Source: Piromyces finnis finn (Eukaryota > Fungi > Neocallimastigomycota). From it: a DNA stretch of 64,000 bases. The translations under genes and the position numbers were made by a program. The stretch covers positions 620,001-684,000 of the forward strand of contig MCFH01000010.1 of the NCBI GenBank assembly GCA_002104945.1. Reading direction: 5' to 3'. Under the pieces are notes generated by a model. That model was not told the origin of the DNA. It worked only from the letters and a program-made list of their open reading frames with translations, and ran no database searches. Below are positions 59,002 to 64,000 of the stretch, piece after piece (position 1 is the stretch's first letter; the number at the start of each line of letters is the position of its first letter).

Positions 59002-59293
59002 TTTAATTTTATATTTCAGTATTTTATATATATATATATAAATATATATTATAATATATTTTTCCCTTTAAGAAATAAGTTTATAACCTTGTGTAATTTC
59101 ATACAGAAAAATATTTAATCAATAAGTAAAATTTAAATATTATAGCTTTTATATTATTTTTTCAAAATTCAATATGAATTATAGTTGAATCCTCTTTATT
59201 TTATTTAATTTTTAAACAAAACTTGAATTTCATAATTATTATTAACTAAATAAAAAACACTTTTTTTTTTTTTTCCAAATAAAATACATATAG

Positions 59294-59328
<35 letters not shown>

Positions 59329-59462
59329 AGAAATTTTATTATATAAAATTAATTAATATTTTGAAATTATTATTTGAATTACTAGATAAAATTTACAATG
59401 TATTTTTTCACATTAATCTTAAAAAAATTTAATTATTAATGATCCATCTTTATTATTTATAT

Positions 59463-59609
59463 TATTTATTTGTTTATTTATTTATTCATTTATTTATTTA
59501 TTTATTTATTTATTCATTTATTTGTTTATTTATTTATTCATTCATTTATTTGTTTATTTATTTATTCATTCATTTATTTGTTTATTTATTTATTCATTCA
59601 TTTATTTGT

Positions 59610-59692
<83 letters not shown>

Positions 59693-59705
59693 TTGATTTA
59701 TTGAT

Positions 59706-59788
<83 letters not shown>

Positions 59789-59810
59789 TTAATTTATTTA
59801 TTTATTTATA
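59463..59810. repeat. (TTTA)n tetranucleotide array with TTCA/TTTG variants and an embedded 28-bp higher-order unit
   Basis: TTCA TTCA TTTA TTTG TTTA TTTA TTTA recurs about three times from ~59527, followed by pure (TTTA)n. Confidence 0.95.
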
Positions 59811-61990
59811 TTTTTTCAATAAAATAGTATAATCTGAATTGTTTTATCAATCTTAATAATGTACTACAATATATAATAATATATAATATATTTAAATGAA
59901 CTGCAAAAAAATAAACATTTTTAAAAATGATGTTAATATCTATTCAAATTCGGTGTTTAAAAATTAATGATTAAATTAATATATTATAGTAAAATGATTT
60001 ATATTATAAATATAAATTGTATATATACATAATATACTGTAAAATTATTGGTGTAATAAATTGAGGACAATTTTATAATCTTTTTTTTTTTAATTTAAAT
60101 AATTAAAGTATATTCAACTTATTTGAAATGATATTAAAAATTATATATTATATACATTCACAATGAACATTAATTCAATTTTAATATGATTTAAAATTTT
60201 ATATAATTTACTTTTTAATTTAAATTCATTTAATATGTAACATATATAAAAGATTGAAGTGTTTTATATTAATTATTACATTAAAAAAAGGAAAAATGTT
60301 TTTTTAATGATGTTAATATAACTAAAAAAAGTTAAATTAATATTTCAAAAGATTGATAAAAATTATTTAGAAAATAAACAAAAAAAAAAACTTTAAAATG
60401 AGGAGAATAATAAAGTTTTCACATAATTTGTATAATTTATACGATTGAAATATTTTTCAAAATATATTTTTTACAGAGTTGTTAAACCATAAATAAACTT
60501 GTTGATTAAATAGAAAATATTAATATAAGATTGAAAATATCATAAATAACTTTAAATAAAAATGATATTATTATTATCATTATAAATAAATTATATTCAC
60601 TTTTACAATAATATTTCCGAGAAAATATGACTAATAGGTTTATACATAAAGACAGATATTATATTTTAGATAGTAATACTTTTAATTTACCAAGCCACTT
60701 TAAATTACATTATTTATAATTTATATAACTAACATTATTCGAAATATAGTATTAATTGATATTAAAAATAGATTATTTAAAAACATAATTATATTTAGTT
60801 TCTTAGACATTTTATATATATTTATATACAATATTAAACTAAGTAATTCATAACAAAATATTTAGATTTGAATAGTGCTTAAATATTAGAATTTGACACT
60901 ATAAACTAATGTATTAAAATTTTTATAAATTATTTAGCCATGTTTTATTACATTATCTAAATATTGATGTATTGTAATTTGATACTTTTTAATATTAATA
61001 AAGTTTATAAAATTAAAACCATAAACATTATTATTTAAATATTGTTTCAAAATATATATTATTAAATGTATACAGAAAATTATTTAATAATATTGATATT
61101 AAAAAATTGTTTACCATTCTTTTTAATATATCTTAAAAGAAAAAAACTAAAATATTAAATTTCTATTGTAATAACAATTTTCATTAAATTATAAATATAT
61201 TACATGCATTATATTTATATATTTATGTAATTATATAGTTTATATGATATATGTTCAACATACTTAAATATATTTTTTTTCTATTATTATTTTTTGTATT
61301 AAATTTATGGTTGCTTGGATTTTGTATAGTTTAATTTCGGATCAAATATTTTATATTCATATTATATATTATAAAATATATAATATTTTAATAAAATAAA
61401 AGTAAAATATATAAATTAACAACTTATGAATATTAATAGAAAGGTAAATTTAATATTAGTTTGATAGTATTTAATTATCCAATAAAATAAAATGTAAAAA
61501 ATTCTATAAAATAAATAGTAAGAATAAATAAAGTTTGATATTGGATATAAAATGAATAAAAAAAAAAAAAGAGGTTTATTACAAATAATATAAATAATTA
61601 ATTACATTGTTATAAAAGGATTAACTATAAAGGGGAAAATATAAATATTAATTTCATTACTGCAATAGTAAGAATATAAATTTGTAATAATATTTTAACT
61701 GATCTGTCAATGAATATAACGTATATTACAATTAATATTTGTATATTTAAGTCTGTATATTATTAAATTATTGTTGTTTTAAAGTAACAAAAAAATTATT
61801 TTAAATGATGTATAATTTGAAAATATAAATATATCTATATCATTATTAGATATAATAAAGAAAAGGTATATATATATATATATAAGATTTTATATGAAGG
61901 TTGTTTATAATATTGGAATAAAAAATAACAATTATTTCAAAATGTTTGCTTTATTATGAAAAAAAATGGGTTTATTATTATAATGGCTAA

Positions 61991-64000
61991 TTAACACTTT
62001 AATGAATTTTTTACATTATCATTATTTCCTAACTTTTTCATTAATTCCATATTTTGGAATTCTAATTCTTGAATAGTTTCTCTCAATTGATCAATGTAAT
62101 TCTTAATTGAAGAACTCATTGGAATAGAGGGTGGTCGAATATTATTAACAGAATTTTGGAACACATTGGAAGATAGGGATTGAGACTTATTTGGAGTCAT
62201 TACTGAATTTGATGAAAGACAAATTGGTGATTCAACAGTTAAAGTTAAATCATCATCATTTAAATTTATATTTAAATTATTATTGTTTAATAACAAATCA
62301 TTAATTCCTGATTTAGAAAACCCTGAAAAAGTAGATTTTATTGGAGTGCTTCTACAACTATTTACCATTCGTTTTTTATTCATAGAATTGAATGGTGATG
62401 ATATCGCATTATCTATTTCTTTTCCGTCGGTGAAAGAAGGTGTAGATGTAAACGTAAATGGTGTAAATGAAAGTTTTTGCTTCTCATTTTGTGAATTATT
62501 CATAGATCTTCTACTTTTATTAAAATCAGTCTTTGAGAAAATATTATTTATACTTGTTGTTGACATAGAATCAGTCATAGTAGTTGGAGATAAAACAGAA
62601 GACCATAAATCCAATGATTCATCAATAATTTCATAGTCATTTATATTTTGTTTAGAATTTAAATCAGCTTTCTGCTAATATTTTATATATAAAAATTTGA
62701 AATTAAAATAATATTTTTATATGAGAAAAAAATTATATTATAGTGAGGAAAAACTTTTATACCATATCATTATTTGTTCCATTATAATTATTATTCGAGA
62801 AATATTCATCCACTCTATCATTTTTAATTTCATTATTCATTGCAAATGATGATTGTAATTGTTTTCTTATCTGGAAGATACTAGCTGAATCATTTTGAGT
62901 AAATGGTGAAATGAAACCATTTTGAGGAAGTAACGATTTATGTTCATTATGAAAGATATCATTATTTTTAATGAATGGTGAAAGAATACTACTACTATTA
63001 GAATATGGAGATAGATAACCAGAACAATTCTTAGTAATATTATCATTTTCATTAACAGTGAAAGGGGAGATAGTTTGTTGGAAGTTTAGCAATGGAGCAA
63101 TGGACTCTTTATTCATTATTTTCAAACTTTCACGAGATTTTTTTAATTCTTCATCCATCTTTATATATTCATTATTACCATTACCATTATGAACATAATT
63201 TATTTCACTCATAGAACTGTTAATAGTAGAATCATTATGTCTATATTCAATAGTGGCATCTGGTCCGAAAATATATTTCAATTTACTATTATTCTTCATA
63301 GATGATTCAAATTTTCTTGCAAAAATTTCATTATCAAAATTAATATTAATTTGATTAGCTTGATTACCAATATAATTATAGTTAATATTATTCTTTTCAA
63401 AGGAAATACGATTAAAACCTTCATATTTTTTTAAAAAATTGATAATAGCCGAATAATCAATATTGACAGAGATATTTTTAACAATAATAGTATTGGCATT
63501 TTCAAAGTAATTTTCTTTTTTTAATAAAGATGAATCTTTGAAAGAAAGATTATTAATATTGTCTAAAGAAGCATTGATATTCTTTTCATTTAATACTAGA
63601 CTTTTTCTACGATCACCAATGCTACCTAAATTACTATTTAATGATGATATATTCATATCACTTCTGTAAATATTATCATCAAGAATCTTTGAACTTTTTC
63701 TGAAAATAGCATAATTATTAATAGTATTTGAAGTTTTTCCATTATCAAAATCATTTATTAAATTATCATTATTAATAATACTAGAAGGACAATTATTACT
63801 CTTCATTATTAGTTTATCAGTACCATTAAGAAGTGATATTTGTTTTATATTATTATTTACATTATCAATTGAGTCATTTATCTTTGAATTAACACTATCA
63901 TTAATTTCTTTCTTTTCATTTAATAAATCATTTATATTATTAAAAATACTATTAATCTTCATATTCGTCTTTTTAGTTTTTTCTGAAATATCATTGTAAC
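61991..64000 (-). CDS. Low-complexity protein with a divergent RRM-like domain and C-terminal coiled coil; 5' end beyond the window
   Basis: Open frame 64000-62763, intron 62762-62675, then 62674-61991. TIIVKNIS..IINFLKKYEGFNRISF..INFDNEIFARK resembles RRMs of the Whi3/Scw1 type (GFRRLSF; VEFEDVSFA). Confidence 0.7.

Noticed and set aside
59439-59832. Three overlapping + strand ORFs of FIYL repeats; possible CRISPR or membrane protein
   Set aside because: They are translations of a (TTTA)n microsatellite; there are no unique spacers and no cas genes.

Overview
Very AT-rich, intron-dense eukaryotic genomic DNA (short GT-AG introns, N/K/E-rich proteins). Two flagellar/basal-body genes plus fungal-type Mob2, Rsc1/2 and Mss4 point to a zoosporic fungus, most likely an anaerobic gut fungus (Neocallimastigomycota); this is inference. 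I spliced 16 protein-coding genes by hand: LRRCC1/VFL1 (runs off the left edge), SLD5, MOB2, CK2 alpha, JJJ1/DNAJC21, CCDC96, a SAM-domain MAPKKK, MAK16, CTDSPL2, FAM50/XAP5, RSC1/2-like, a WD40-less Utp12-domain protein, MSS4, an atypical PAS-kinase-like kinase, an unnamed gene with a prokaryote-like helical domain, and an RRM-like gene (runs off the right edge). 29.4-35.7 kb has no intact genes and holds decayed elements, including a probable non-LTR retrotransposon remnant. No tRNA, rRNA or CRISPR array is supportable. Best leads: (1) the spliced gene at 56593-59001, whose N-terminal domain resembles a bacterial/phage family of unknown function; (2) a frame-restoring 4-nt micro-exon in the MAPKKK; (3) a kinase with a ~230-aa in-domain insertion and a YLD catalytic loop; (4) a stand-alone Utp12-domain gene. 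All homology calls are motif recognition from memory, not database searches.
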